From Candidatus Gastranaerophilales bacterium (GTDB taxonomy: Bacteria; Cyanobacteriota; Vampirovibrionia; Gastranaerophilales; Gastranaerophilaceae): DNA of 29,702 nucleotides. A model generated the notes under the pieces. The model had not been told where the DNA came from. It was given only the letters and a program-made list of their open reading frames with translations, and ran no database searches. Each line of letters opens with the position of its first letter. Position 1 is the stretch's first letter. Location of the stretch: the NCBI GenBank assembly GCA_947625445.1, contig CANQOM010000001.1, positions 1 through 29,702 on the forward strand, given 5' to 3'. Shown here piece after piece: positions 9,685 through 19,019 of this stretch. Both the position numbers and the translations under genes were made by a program.

Positions 9685-11014
9685 ATTCTTTAAAGACTTC
9701 TCCTCTGTGTTCATAACTGTTAAACATATCATAGCTTGCGCATGCAGGTGATAATAGTACTATTTCATTGTCAAGAGTGAGAGAAATATCAACTGCATTT
9801 TCTAATGATGAGGCTAAAATTATATTTGTGAATCCGTTTTTCTCCATATTCTCTTTAAATCTTTGTGTAGCTTCACCTATTAAAATAACAGTAGTTACAT
9901 ACTTATTAATATATTGAATGCAAAATTCCGTTAAATCTGTATTCTTATCTCTACCGCCTGCAATTAATGTTAATTTTTTGCCTTCAAATGCTTTTATGGC
10001 AACAAAAGATGCTTCGGGATTTGTTGCTTTTGAATCATTATAAAATGATTTTCCGCTAATATCAGCTACGTATTCAATCCTGTGTTCAACAGGTTTAAAT
10101 GATTTAATTTGTTCTTTTATATGTTCATTTGAAATTCCTATTAATTTTGCTATTGTGATTGCGCACATTGTATTTTGATAATTATGTTCGCCAACTAAAG
10201 GAATTTCTTCTAATTTAATTATTTCTTCTTCGTTTTGACGTTTAAAATATATAGCATTATTTTTTATGTAACAACAATTAGAATCTAATTCTTTTGCATA
10301 AATAAATTTTTCACCTGTATATTGCTTTGCAAATTCATAAATTTTTGAATCAACACCTGAAAAGATTGCATACATGGGTTGTTTGTAATCTTTAAAAATA
10401 CTTGTTTTTGCTTCAAAGTAGTTATCAAGCCCGCCATGCCAGTCAATATGGTCAGGCGTAAATGTTAAGAAACAAGCTATTTGCGGTCTGAATGTAGGCG
10501 ATGTTGCAAGTTGAAAAGAGCTTGTTTCACATACAAAGTAATCAGGATTTTCATTTAATAATGATGTTGGAGGTACTCCTATATTTCCGCAAACAGGTGC
10601 TTTATATTCACTTGATAAAATGTGTGATGTTAAATATGTTGTTGTTGTTTTCCCGTTTGTACCGGTTATTGCAATAAAAGGAGATTGTGCTTCTAAATAT
10701 GCCAATTCAACTTCTCCGATTATAGGAATATTTTTTTCTTTTAAACGTTGAAATATTTCACTTTTAGGCGGTATGCCGGGACTTGTTATTGCTATATATG
10801 AATCATTTATAAATTCTTCACTGTGAGAACCTGTTTCAATATTTATTCCTTCTTTTTGAAGTTCTTCTGCCAAAACTTTGTCTTTATCTTGAAGAGGTTT
10901 ATTATCAGTTATATAGCAATCTGCACCTTTTTCACTAAGATATCTTGCAGCAGCTACACCACTTTTGGATAATCCCAATATTAATACCTTTTTATCTGTC
11001 CACTTTCTTTTCAT
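9665..11014 (-). CDS. murD: UDP-MurNAc-L-Ala--D-glutamate ligase MurD
   Basis: TSPGIP, AITGTNGKTTTT, CGNIG, ETSSFQL, PDHIDWH, EHRIE, YNDSKATN, LIAGG.DK, LLSPACASYDMF. Confidence 0.95.
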   Translation of the reverse strand: MKRKWTDKKVLILGLSKSGVAAARYLSEKGADCYITDNKPLQDKDKVLAEELQKEGINIETGSHSEEFINDSYIAITSPGIPPKSEIFQRLKEKNIPIIGEVELAYLEAQSPFIAITGTNGKTTTTYLTSHILSSEYKAPVCGNIGVPPTSLLNENPDYFVCETSSFQLATSPTFRPQIACFLTFTPDHIDWHGGLDNYFEAKTSIFKDYKQPMYAIFSGVDSKIYEFAKQYTGEKFIYAKELDSNCCYIKNNAIYFKRQNEEEIIKLEEIPLVGEHNYQNTMCAITIAKLIGISNEHIKEQIKSFKPVEHRIEYVADISGKSFYNDSKATNPEASFVAIKAFEGKKLTLIAGGRDKNTDLTEFCIQYINKYVTTVILIGEATQRFKENMEKNGFTNIILASSLENAVDISLTLDNEIVLLSPACASYDMFNSYEHRGEVFKEYVKSKL

Positions 11015-11023
11015 ATTGTTCTC

Positions 11024-11998
11024 CTACCAGAGTATATAAAATAAACCTGTTGCAATAATACAGAATATAAGTGTTACAAGTGAAAATACAATAACAATTT
11101 TATTTTCACTCCAACCGCATAGCTCAAAATGATGATGAATAGGGCTCATTTTAAAAATTCTTTTTCCTGTTAATTTGAAACTTGCAACTTGAAGAATTAC
11201 AGAAAGTGTTTCAATACAGAATATTAAACCAATTAAAATAATCCATAATTCAAATTTCCCCATAATTGCTATTGTGCCTAATAAGCCTCCAAGTGCTAAT
11301 GAACCGGTATCACCCATAAATACTTTTGCCGGATGCTTGTTAAAATATAAGAATCCTATACAAGCGCCTACTGTTGCTGCAGAGATTATGGCAAGATTAT
11401 CTTGTCCTGTTATGGCACATATTATTGAACATGCAATCATTGCTATTGCCATATTCGCTGATGCCAGACCGTCAAGTCCGTCTGTTAAATTCACCGCATT
11501 TGATACACCTGTCATAAACAATATGGCAAATATAGGATATATATAATGAATATCAAAACTATACTGTCCCAAACTTAAATAGGTTTGACCTGTTATAGTC
11601 ATGTATATTGAAGGTAATATTGATATTGCAATTTGTAAAAATAATTTATTTCTTGGGGTAAGCCCTGCTTTATTTTCTTTATGTTTTATTTTCCCGATAT
11701 CATCAGTCAAGCCTGCTAGCATAAAGAACAGAAAACTCATTAATGTAATTACGGAAATAGGTGTTAAGCCCTGATTCATAGTTAAAACCGCTAAAGATGT
11801 TATTATTATTGAACCTACAATAAAAACACCTCCTGTTGTAGGAGTTCCCGCTTTTTGAGCATGATTGTCAGGGGCATCTGATAATATATATTGGGTATAC
11901 ATTTTTTTCTTTAGAAAATCTATATATACAACACCTGATAAAAGTGTTAATACAAATGCTACCAACATTGATACTATTATTAATACATTAAAGTCCAT
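11024..11998 (-). CDS. mraY: Phospho-MurNAc-pentapeptide transferase MraY
   Basis: KAGTPTTGG, GLTDD, SNAVNLTDGLDGLA, PAKVFMGDTGSLALG, MSPIHHHFELCGWSE. Confidence 0.96.
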   Translation of the reverse strand: MDFNVLIIVSMLVAFVLTLLSGVVYIDFLKKKMYTQYILSDAPDNHAQKAGTPTTGGVFIVGSIIITSLAVLTMNQGLTPISVITLMSFLFFMLAGLTDDIGKIKHKENKAGLTPRNKLFLQIAISILPSIYMTITGQTYLSLGQYSFDIHYIYPIFAILFMTGVSNAVNLTDGLDGLASANMAIAMIACSIICAITGQDNLAIISAATVGACIGFLYFNKHPAKVFMGDTGSLALGGLLGTIAIMGKFELWIILIGLIFCIETLSVILQVASFKLTGKRIFKMSPIHHHFELCGWSENKIVIVFSLVTLIFCIIATGLFYILW

Positions 11999-13317
11999 TA
12001 ATTTTTTAACTCCTCAATAATTTCTTCAAACTTCATAAACCTTGATGCTTTTAAAAGTATATTTGAATCTTTTGGTAATTTATTTTTGATAAATTCTGCC
12101 ACGTCTTTCTTATTTTCAAAATGTAGAGTTTTTTTATTTGAAGGATTTATAAATTTTGCAAGTTCTCCTACTGTTAATACATAATCACAATTGTAATTTT
12201 CAATGTATTTCCCTGTTTGGATGTGATATTCTTCTTCATTTAAACCTAATTCGCCCATATCTCCTAAAACTAAAGATTTTGGTGATGGAGTATAAGATAA
12301 AAATGTGTTTATTGCAGCTTTTACAGATTCGGGATTTGAATTATAACTGTCGTTTATTATCTTGTATCCCTTTATTTCTTGTATGTCCCATCTTTTTTCT
12401 ATTGGAGTGAATTCTTTTAATCCTTTTGCTATTATTTCTTCTTTTAACCCTGCAAAAAGACCGGCTTCTATTACACTTAGCGCATTTTGTATATTATGTT
12501 CACCTGCCACATTTAACTTATATTCATATCCCTTATAATTAAACTTACAAGAATTTGATGTCATTTCTTCTATCTTAAGATTTTTATCAGCAAGACTAAA
12601 GTATGTTGTTTTATGCTTATTATCATTGACCTGTTTTATTAAGGGATTATCATGGGCTATTAAAATTCCGTTGGGTTTAAGGAATTTAGCTATTTCGAAT
12701 TTTGCTTTTGCGATATTTAAAAGAGAACCCAATCTTCCTATGTGTGCGCTTCCCGAATTAACTATAATAGCTATATCAGGTTGAGCATACTTTGATAATA
12801 GTTCTATTTCACCAAAACCTCTCATCCCCATTTCAACAATTAAATATTTTGTATCTGTTTCAAGAGTTGACAAAGTTTGGCATAAACCTATTTCATTATT
12901 ATGATTTAAAATTGATTTAACTGTGTTACCTGCATTTTTAAATACGGAATACATCATTTCTTTTACTGTTGTTTTTCCGCTGCTTCCTGTTATTGCTATT
13001 GTGTAGGGATTTATTTTATTCTTATAATAATTTGCAAGTTTTAAATAAGCTTCTTTTGTATCTTTAACATATAAAATAATTTTTGCATTATTATAAATTT
13101 TATTTTTATCAGTGGTGAAATATCCTATAGCACCTGATTCTATAGCATTATTTATAAAATTTTCACCGTCAAAAGATTCTCCTTTCAAAGGAATATAGAT
13201 TTCACCTTTACTTATAGTTCTCGTATCTGTCGAAAATCCTAACAAATCATTATTTTGCGATGATTTTATTATTTCGGCTTCTGATGCCTTAATAATCTCA
13301 CTTGTATTAAGTTTCAT
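11998..13317 (-). CDS. murF: UDP-MurNAc-tripeptide--D-Ala-D-Ala ligase MurF
   Basis: STDTR, GESFDG..F, AITGSSGKTTVKEM, NHNNEIG, VEMGM..GEI..L, INDSYNSNPES, VLGDMGELG, LKASRFMKFE. Start trimmed to ATG 13317 (GGGGAT RBS). Confidence 0.94.
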   Translation of the reverse strand: MKLNTSEIIKASEAEIIKSSQNNDLLGFSTDTRTISKGEIYIPLKGESFDGENFINNAIESGAIGYFTTDKNKIYNNAKIILYVKDTKEAYLKLANYYKNKINPYTIAITGSSGKTTVKEMMYSVFKNAGNTVKSILNHNNEIGLCQTLSTLETDTKYLIVEMGMRGFGEIELLSKYAQPDIAIIVNSGSAHIGRLGSLLNIAKAKFEIAKFLKPNGILIAHDNPLIKQVNDNKHKTTYFSLADKNLKIEEMTSNSCKFNYKGYEYKLNVAGEHNIQNALSVIEAGLFAGLKEEIIAKGLKEFTPIEKRWDIQEIKGYKIINDSYNSNPESVKAAINTFLSYTPSPKSLVLGDMGELGLNEEEYHIQTGKYIENYNCDYVLTVGELAKFINPSNKKTLHFENKKDVAEFIKNKLPKDSNILLKASRFMKFEEIIEELKN

Positions 13318-13403
13318 TTTATCCCCAATCAATGTATCAATTTTATCATAAAATCTTATAATATAACTATATTGTGAATATTTTTAAAATCACTTAATAT
13401 TAC

Positions 13404-13434
13404 TTGACTTAGTGTTACTATCAAATATTAAAAT
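13404..13434 (+). promoter_or_regulatory. sigma70 promoter with over-long 19-nt spacer and partial dyad (MerR-type architecture) upstream of the Tat/AKR operon
   Basis: TTGACT (13404-13409), TAGTGTTACTATCAAATAT (19 nt), TAAAAT (13429-13434). Closely similar element at 19124-19154. Confidence 0.55.
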
Positions 13435-13453
13435 GTATAAAAAAGGAGAAAAT

Positions 13454-14682
13454 ATGAAACGTCGTGAATTTATATTAAATTCTATACTCGCAGCAGGAGG
13501 AACAGTATTATTAACAGGCTGCGGAAAAAAAGAACTTATTAAAGCTCAAGGACAAGTTGTAAAGAGAAAATACAAAGATATAGAAGTACCTTTATCGGCT
13601 TTGGTTGTATGAGACTGCCTATGGACGGCAAAAAGGTTGATATGGCAGAACTTGACAGAATGGTAGAGTATGCAATGGCTCATGGAGCTAATTATTTTGA
13701 CACTGCTTATATGTATGTCGATGAAATGAGTGAGATTGCTATTGGTAAAACACTTAAAAAATATGAAAGAGATTCTTTTATACTTGCAGATAAAAGTCCT
13801 ATATATAAAATGAGTTCACGAGAAGATGTAAGAAAAATATTTGATGAACAAAGAAAAAAGTGTCAGGTAGACTATTATGATTTTTATATGTGCCACAATA
13901 TTAACGTAAATACGGTTGATACGTACAGAAATGTCAAAATGTATGATGAACTGTTAAAATTAAAAGAAGAAGGTAAAATAAAATATTTAGGTTTCTCTTT
14001 CCATGGTACACCTGAAATATTGAGAGAAGTTGTAAAAGAACATCAATGGGATTTCGCTCAGCTTCAAGTTAATTATCTGGATTGGGATGTTGTAAAAGCT
14101 CATGAACAGTATGATATTGTTCAAGCTGAAGGTATACCTGTTACTGTAATGGAACCTTTAAGAGGAGGCGGATTAGTTAATTTAAGTGAAAAATCACTTG
14201 CAAAATTAAAAGAACATTATCCTAATGCAACTCCTGCAGAGTTTGGACTAAGATGGGCTGCTTCAAGAGCTAATGTTATTACAGTTTTGAGCGGTATGAG
14301 TAATTTACAACAGATGAAAGAAAATATTGCCACTTTTGAAAACTATATTCCAATGAGTGAAGATGAGATAAAAGTGGCAGATGAGATGGCGAAAATTATT
14401 CAATCACAAGGTGAAATAAATTGTACTGCTTGTAAGTATTGTATGGAAGTTTGCCCTAAAGGTATTAACATTCCTGCTATTTTCTCACTTTATAATCAGT
14501 ATAAAGTAATGAAAAGTCCTTTTCATTTAAAAATATATTATGAAACGCTTGCAGATAGTGAAAAAGCAAATAATTGCATAAAATGCGGTTTATGTAATAA
14601 AAATTGCCCTCAAAATTTACCTATACCTGATTTATTGGCACAGGTTCAAAGTGAGTATGAAAAGGCAAAGGCTAGTTCATAA
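13454..14682 (+). pseudogene. Tat-lipoprotein aldo/keto reductase with C-terminal 2x[4Fe-4S] domain, split by a 1-nt frameshift near 13591-13594 (pseudogene or sequencing error)
   Basis: AGGAG RBS then MKRREFILNSILAAGGTVLLTGC (RR motif + lipobox). Adding one base joins KRKYKDIEVPL to IGFGCMRLP in the second frame. AKR residues DTAYMY, ADK, HN; C-terminal CTACKYCMEVCP and CIKCGLCNKNCP. Repaired length about 409 aa. Confidence 0.85.
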
Positions 14683-15956
14683 TGTTATATAAAATAAGAT
14701 TTTTTATTGCAATTTTAGTATTTTTAATGGCAATAGTCGGCTTATTGGGTATTTTTTACCCTCTGCCGATTTTTGATGTTCAAATTGCTCCTTTAATTCA
14801 AAAAGTAATTATCGATTTTACGGTTATTGCCTTTATAACATTAGTTTTAATCATATTATTAACATTATTATTTGGCAGAATTTATTGTTCCGTTCTGTGT
14901 CCGTTCGGAATTTTTCAAGAATTTATTGCATTGTTAAGGGGAAAAAATAAGGAAAAAACAAGAGCTAATTTGCCGATAAAATACTTTATTTCTGCAATAA
15001 CATTCGGTGCATTAATCGGTGGAAGCGTATTAATTATAAGATATATAGAACCTTATACATATTTTGGTTCTGTTGTTACTTTGTCAATTATCGGAATTGT
15101 TGCGGCTATTATAATTTTAATACTTACTTTATCAAAAAACAGATATTTTTGCACAAATATATGTCCTGTAGGTTGTATTTTGGGACTGATTTCTAAGGTA
15201 TCATTACTTAAAATTCATATTAAAAAGGAAGATTGTGTATCTTGCAGGAAATGTGAAAAAAATTGTCCGTCCGGTTGCATAAGTATAGATACTCAAAATA
15301 TAGAAAATGAAACTTGCATAAAATGTTTAAAATGTATAGGATTGTGCCCTAAAAAAGCAATAAAATATTCTGTAAAACCCAAACAAGAAATAATATTTAG
15401 TCCAAAAAGACGTGAATTATTAATAGCAGGTTCTGCGCTTGTTATTCTTATAGGAGCGCTTAAGGCTGGATATGAATTAAGTAAAAATATGGCTCGTAAT
15501 GTCAGAAATGTAATTCTTCCTCTGGGGGCAATGAATGCAAACAGAATGTATAATAAATGTTTAAATTGTAATTTATGTGTAAAAGCATGCCCGAACAAAA
15601 TTTTAAAAAAAGCTGATAATAATTTTGGTGCTATTCATACAGATTATAATGAAGGTGAAAAATTCTGTAAATTTGACTGTATTGAGTGTTCTAAAGTTTG
15701 TCCTTCAGGTGCAATTAAAAAACTTAGTGTGGAAGAAAAACAGAGAACAAGGATTGCTATGGCGGTAATTAATCCTGAGAAGTGTACAAAATGCGGGATT
15801 TGTGTTTCAGAATGTCCTACAGGCGCAATAACAAAAGAAGAAAATAAAAATGCTATAGTAGATGCTTCAAAATGTATAGGTTGCGGAAAATGCAAAAAAC
15901 ATTGTCCTGCAAGTGCTATTGAAATATTTGCAATAAATGAGCAACAAAGGGTATAA
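14682..15956 (+). CDS. Membrane polyferredoxin (NapH/MauN-like N-half fused to NapG/MauM-like C-half), 5 predicted TM helices, internal twin-arginine motif
   Basis: Four N-terminal hydrophobic helices with CSVLCPFG and CTNICPVG motifs, two CxxCxxCxxxC motifs, SPKRRELL plus a fifth helix, then four more ferredoxin-type Cys motifs. Confidence 0.85.
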   Translation: MLYKIRFFIAILVFLMAIVGLLGIFYPLPIFDVQIAPLIQKVIIDFTVIAFITLVLIILLTLLFGRIYCSVLCPFGIFQEFIALLRGKNKEKTRANLPIKYFISAITFGALIGGSVLIIRYIEPYTYFGSVVTLSIIGIVAAIIILILTLSKNRYFCTNICPVGCILGLISKVSLLKIHIKKEDCVSCRKCEKNCPSGCISIDTQNIENETCIKCLKCIGLCPKKAIKYSVKPKQEIIFSPKRRELLIAGSALVILIGALKAGYELSKNMARNVRNVILPLGAMNANRMYNKCLNCNLCVKACPNKILKKADNNFGAIHTDYNEGEKFCKFDCIECSKVCPSGAIKKLSVEEKQRTRIAMAVINPEKCTKCGICVSECPTGAITKEENKNAIVDASKCIGCGKCKKHCPASAIEIFAINEQQRV

Positions 15957-15976
15957 TCTTTTTAAAGGAGAATAAA

Positions 15977-16192
15977 ATGTCACTTGGAATAACTGAAATT
16001 ACTTTAATTATAGTTGTAATATTGCTCCTGTTTGGAGGTAAAAGAATACCTGAATTGGCAAGAGCTTTAGGTAAAGCATCTTATGAATTTAAAAAAGCTA
16101 AAGAGACTATAAAAAAAGAAACTGATGAATTAAAAGATGCGATAGAAGATGCACAAGAAAAACCTGAAGAATATAAACCTAAAGATGTCTAA
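15977..16192 (+). CDS. tatA: Twin-arginine translocase subunit TatA
   Basis: Short TM ending [25 protein letters not shown], charged tail, AAGGAG RBS. Confidence 0.93.
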   Translation: MSLGITEITLIIVVILLLFGGKRIPELARALGKASYEFKKAKETIKKETDELKDAIEDAQEKPEEYKPKDV

Positions 16193-16194
16193 AA

Positions 16195-16905
16195 ATGCAT
16201 AGTGAAGATGATAATGAAACCCTTATTTCTCACTTGGAAGCTTTAAGAAATACTCTCTTAAAGTGTTTATATTCTATTGCCATAATTTTACCTTTTACTT
16301 TTTTTATTGCACCTAAAGCACTTGATTTGTTAATAAAAATAATTATTGGCTCAAGTAATGTTACTTTGAATTTTTTTTCACCGGCAGAAGTTTTTATAAT
16401 CCAAATAAAAATGGCTTTAGTTTTAGATTTAATAATTAGTTGTCCTTATATTTTTAAACAATTATGGAATTTTCTTCTGCCTGCACTTTATGAACATGAA
16501 AAAAAATTTTTAAAATCCATAGTTTTAATTTCAAGTTCTTTATTTATATTGGGTGTTTTATTTTCTGTTTTTGTTATTCTTCCTTTTGTAATAAAATTCG
16601 GACTCAGTTTTGTTTCAAATAATATTCAAGCGGTTTTTGGAATATCAAATGTAGTAAATCTTGCTTTGTGGTTAAGTATTATTTTTGGTTTAATGTTTCA
16701 ATTACCTCTTATTACTTTTTGGCTGATAAAATCGAACATTGTGTCATATTCAACTATTGCAGATAAAAGACCATATGTTATTGTAGGGTTATTAATTATT
16801 GCAGGCTTTTTGACTCCTCCTGATGTTGTAAGTCAGCTAATGCTCGCCATTCCTTCTTATTTTCTTTTTGAGGCAGGGTTGTTTTTTGCAAAATTTAAAA
16901 AATAG
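16195..16905 (+). CDS. tatC: Twin-arginine translocase subunit TatC
   Basis: LISHLEALR, FSPAEVF..QIK, QLWNFLLPALYEHEKK, FQLPL, AGFLTPPDVVSQLMLAIP; six hydrophobic segments. Confidence 0.94.
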   Translation: MHSEDDNETLISHLEALRNTLLKCLYSIAIILPFTFFIAPKALDLLIKIIIGSSNVTLNFFSPAEVFIIQIKMALVLDLIISCPYIFKQLWNFLLPALYEHEKKFLKSIVLISSSLFILGVLFSVFVILPFVIKFGLSFVSNNIQAVFGISNVVNLALWLSIIFGLMFQLPLITFWLIKSNIVSYSTIADKRPYVIVGLLIIAGFLTPPDVVSQLMLAIPSYFLFEAGLFFAKFKK

Positions 16906-16953
16906 TTAAAGTTATTATATAATTATTTTAAACTAAATTGCTGAGGGATAATT

Positions 16954-18054
16954 ATGAACAGTAATAATATGAGATACTGTAATATTGATTTTCTAAGATT
17001 TATACTTGCTATTATTATTGTATACGGACATTTAACAGGATTTTTAGGAAGTTTTTATGATTCCGAAATCATAAATAAACTTGTAAAAAATGCTATGTTG
17101 TCAGGCTCAAATTCAGTAAGTGCTTTTTTCATAATGAGTGGTTTCTTTTTGGCAGGTGTTTATTTTAAAAATCATTATAATAGTGTATTAGATTTTATAA
17201 TAAACAGATTTATAAGATTATGGCCTGTTATTGCATTTTCCGGTTTAATTCTTCTTATATTCGGGTGTTTTGACAGAAATGACTTGTTAAATTTATTTTT
17301 TGTAAGCAACGGATTGGCTCTTGTAAAAGAAGCTTCGCATAACGCTGCTATTTGGTTTGTATGTGTTTTATTTTTCTTAAGTGCATTTTTTTATTATATA
17401 TTGACAACATTTTCCCAAAGAAATAGTTTGTTTATTATTAGCATTATTACATTTTTTAATTCCGTCTTACTTGTTCAACAGGAAAACTCTATTTATTGCC
17501 ATATTATTACTCCGTTTTATTTAACGGTTGGAATGGTAAAAGGATTGGCTTGTATGGGATTGGGAATTTTAATCGGATTTTTGTATAAAAAATATTCTGT
17601 TAAATTACAAAAAATTAATGTGCTAACTTGTGTTAGTCTTAGTGTTATTGAGGGTATTTTATTATTTAATTACATATATTATAGTGTTTTCCATTCGTCA
17701 AAATATACAAACAGTATTTATTATATTTTGAATTTTTCATTATTATTTATCCTATTTTTATTAAGTAAAGGTATAATATCTCAATTTTTTAATAAAAAAA
17801 TATTTGGATTTCTTGGAAAATATTCATATTCAATATTTGTAATGCATTATGTTATAATAACAATTTTCCAAAAATACTTATGGAAATATATGACGGTAAA
17901 AGAAGCATTTATAATAACTGCAAGTGTATGTCTTGTAGCAGGTATATTAGTAAATATATATATAGAAAAGCCGTTAAATGCTTTAATAAAGGATAAAATA
18001 GCCAAATTAACCCTGGGGGGGGGATTTAGACTTAAATTTTCATGTAATTATTAA
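16954..18054 (+). CDS. Acyltransferase family 3 (OafA-like) membrane O-acyltransferase, no SGNH domain
   Basis: IDFLRFILAIIIVYGH, FFIMSGFF, NRFIRLWP, WFVCV, LGKYSYSIFVMH, YIEKP; about 10 hydrophobic segments. Confidence 0.87.
   Translation: MNSNNMRYCNIDFLRFILAIIIVYGHLTGFLGSFYDSEIINKLVKNAMLSGSNSVSAFFIMSGFFLAGVYFKNHYNSVLDFIINRFIRLWPVIAFSGLILLIFGCFDRNDLLNLFFVSNGLALVKEASHNAAIWFVCVLFFLSAFFYYILTTFSQRNSLFIISIITFFNSVLLVQQENSIYCHIITPFYLTVGMVKGLACMGLGILIGFLYKKYSVKLQKINVLTCVSLSVIEGILLFNYIYYSVFHSSKYTNSIYYILNFSLLFILFLLSKGIISQFFNKKIFGFLGKYSYSIFVMHYVIITIFQKYLWKYMTVKEAFIITASVCLVAGILVNIYIEKPLNALIKDKIAKLTLGGGFRLKFSCNY
18015..18023. repeat. G9 homopolymer in the 3' end of the acyltransferase gene
   Basis: CCCT-GGGGGGGGG-ATTT read directly; improbable by chance in this AT-rich window. 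Confidence 0.9.
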
Positions 18055-18092
18055 AAAATTAGTATGTGATTTATTCACATACTAATTTTTTA
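18052..18092. terminator. Bidirectional intrinsic terminator between convergent genes
   Basis: Perfect 18-bp inverted repeat TAAAAAATTAGTATGTGA / TCACATACTAATTTTTTA with a 5-nt loop; A/T tracts on both sides. Confidence 0.85.
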
Positions 18093-18105
18093 TTTTTGAT
18101 TATAA

Positions 18106-18987
18106 TTATGATTGTTTAATAATTGACTTTAAAGCCGTTAATTCATAATCGTTATAATTGGAATCTTTAAAAATTCCATTTAAGTCGTCTTCAGTTATTT
18201 CTGTGTTTAATCCCATATAATCCATTGTGGCTTTTATATTGATAAATTCTTCTATATTGGAACCGGATTTTGCAAGATCGTTTAAACTTTTTGTATATAT
18301 AGTGTTAATTCTATTGTTATAGCCTGATGTATTTAAATAATCTTTATCAAAGTTTTCGCCAAATTTGTTATATGCCATTTTCAATAATTTTATTTTTGTC
18401 TGACTTTCTGTTTGGTCATAACCACAAATACGAGAAATAATGTTTCCGAATGTATTATCTCCTGGATTAACTGATTTTGTATTAATCATATCATATATTT
18501 CTTTTACTTTGTCGTTTGCTAGTTCTTCATCAGTAAGACTACTATTTGGTTCAAATTTAATATCACCGCCTTTAACTTTAGTAGTTTTAGTTGTTTTTAA
18601 ATCTTCATCATTTTCATATATTTTATTTTTGCTTTCATCATAGGGTGTATTTTTAATGTATAAATCATTATCTTTATAATCATTTGCAAGGTCCATTAAT
18701 CCTGAAAATACTTGTTCTTTTACTGATTCATCATTATAATCTAAATTTATACTACTTAAATATGAATTAAGTGCCCCTTCGTTATGACTGTACCAGGTAT
18801 TAAATTCTTCCTGAGTAATAGTGGCATCATCATCGCTTAAAACATTTTGTAAATGTCCTCTTGAGAAAAAAACAGAAATTTCTTCGTCACTTAAATTTCC
18901 GTCTGTATTGTTCTTACCCGATTCATTATTTGTTAAGTATTGTTCATTTTGAATAAGGTAATCCTTCATGTTAATTCCATCTGTCAT
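18106..18987 (-). CDS. Orphan acidic Asn/Asp-rich hypothetical protein (293 aa) with two degenerate EF-hand-like loops
   Basis: Strong AGGAG RBS 6 nt upstream, long ORF filling the gap, no signal peptide or TM; loops KNNTDGNLSDEE and LSDDDATITQEE. Confidence 0.75.
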   Translation of the reverse strand: MTDGINMKDYLIQNEQYLTNNESGKNNTDGNLSDEEISVFFSRGHLQNVLSDDDATITQEEFNTWYSHNEGALNSYLSSINLDYNDESVKEQVFSGLMDLANDYKDNDLYIKNTPYDESKNKIYENDEDLKTTKTTKVKGGDIKFEPNSSLTDEELANDKVKEIYDMINTKSVNPGDNTFGNIISRICGYDQTESQTKIKLLKMAYNKFGENFDKDYLNTSGYNNRINTIYTKSLNDLAKSGSNIEEFINIKATMDYMGLNTEITEDDLNGIFKDSNYNDYELTALKSIIKQS

Positions 18988-19019
18988 ACTAGTCTCCTTT
19001 TGTTGTTACTACAAGTCTA

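Noticed and set aside
13525-13531. A7 run (GGA AAA AAA G) as a programmed -1 frameshift site for the split AKR
   Set aside because: A -1 slip here meets TAA at 13540-13542 before the AKR frame, and homology supports the first frame through KRKYKDIEVP.
16195-16245. TatC N-terminal motif HLEALR instead of HLxELR
   Set aside because: A Glu is present one residue earlier and the other RR-binding residues (WNF..PALYEHE) are intact; too weak to infer altered specificity.
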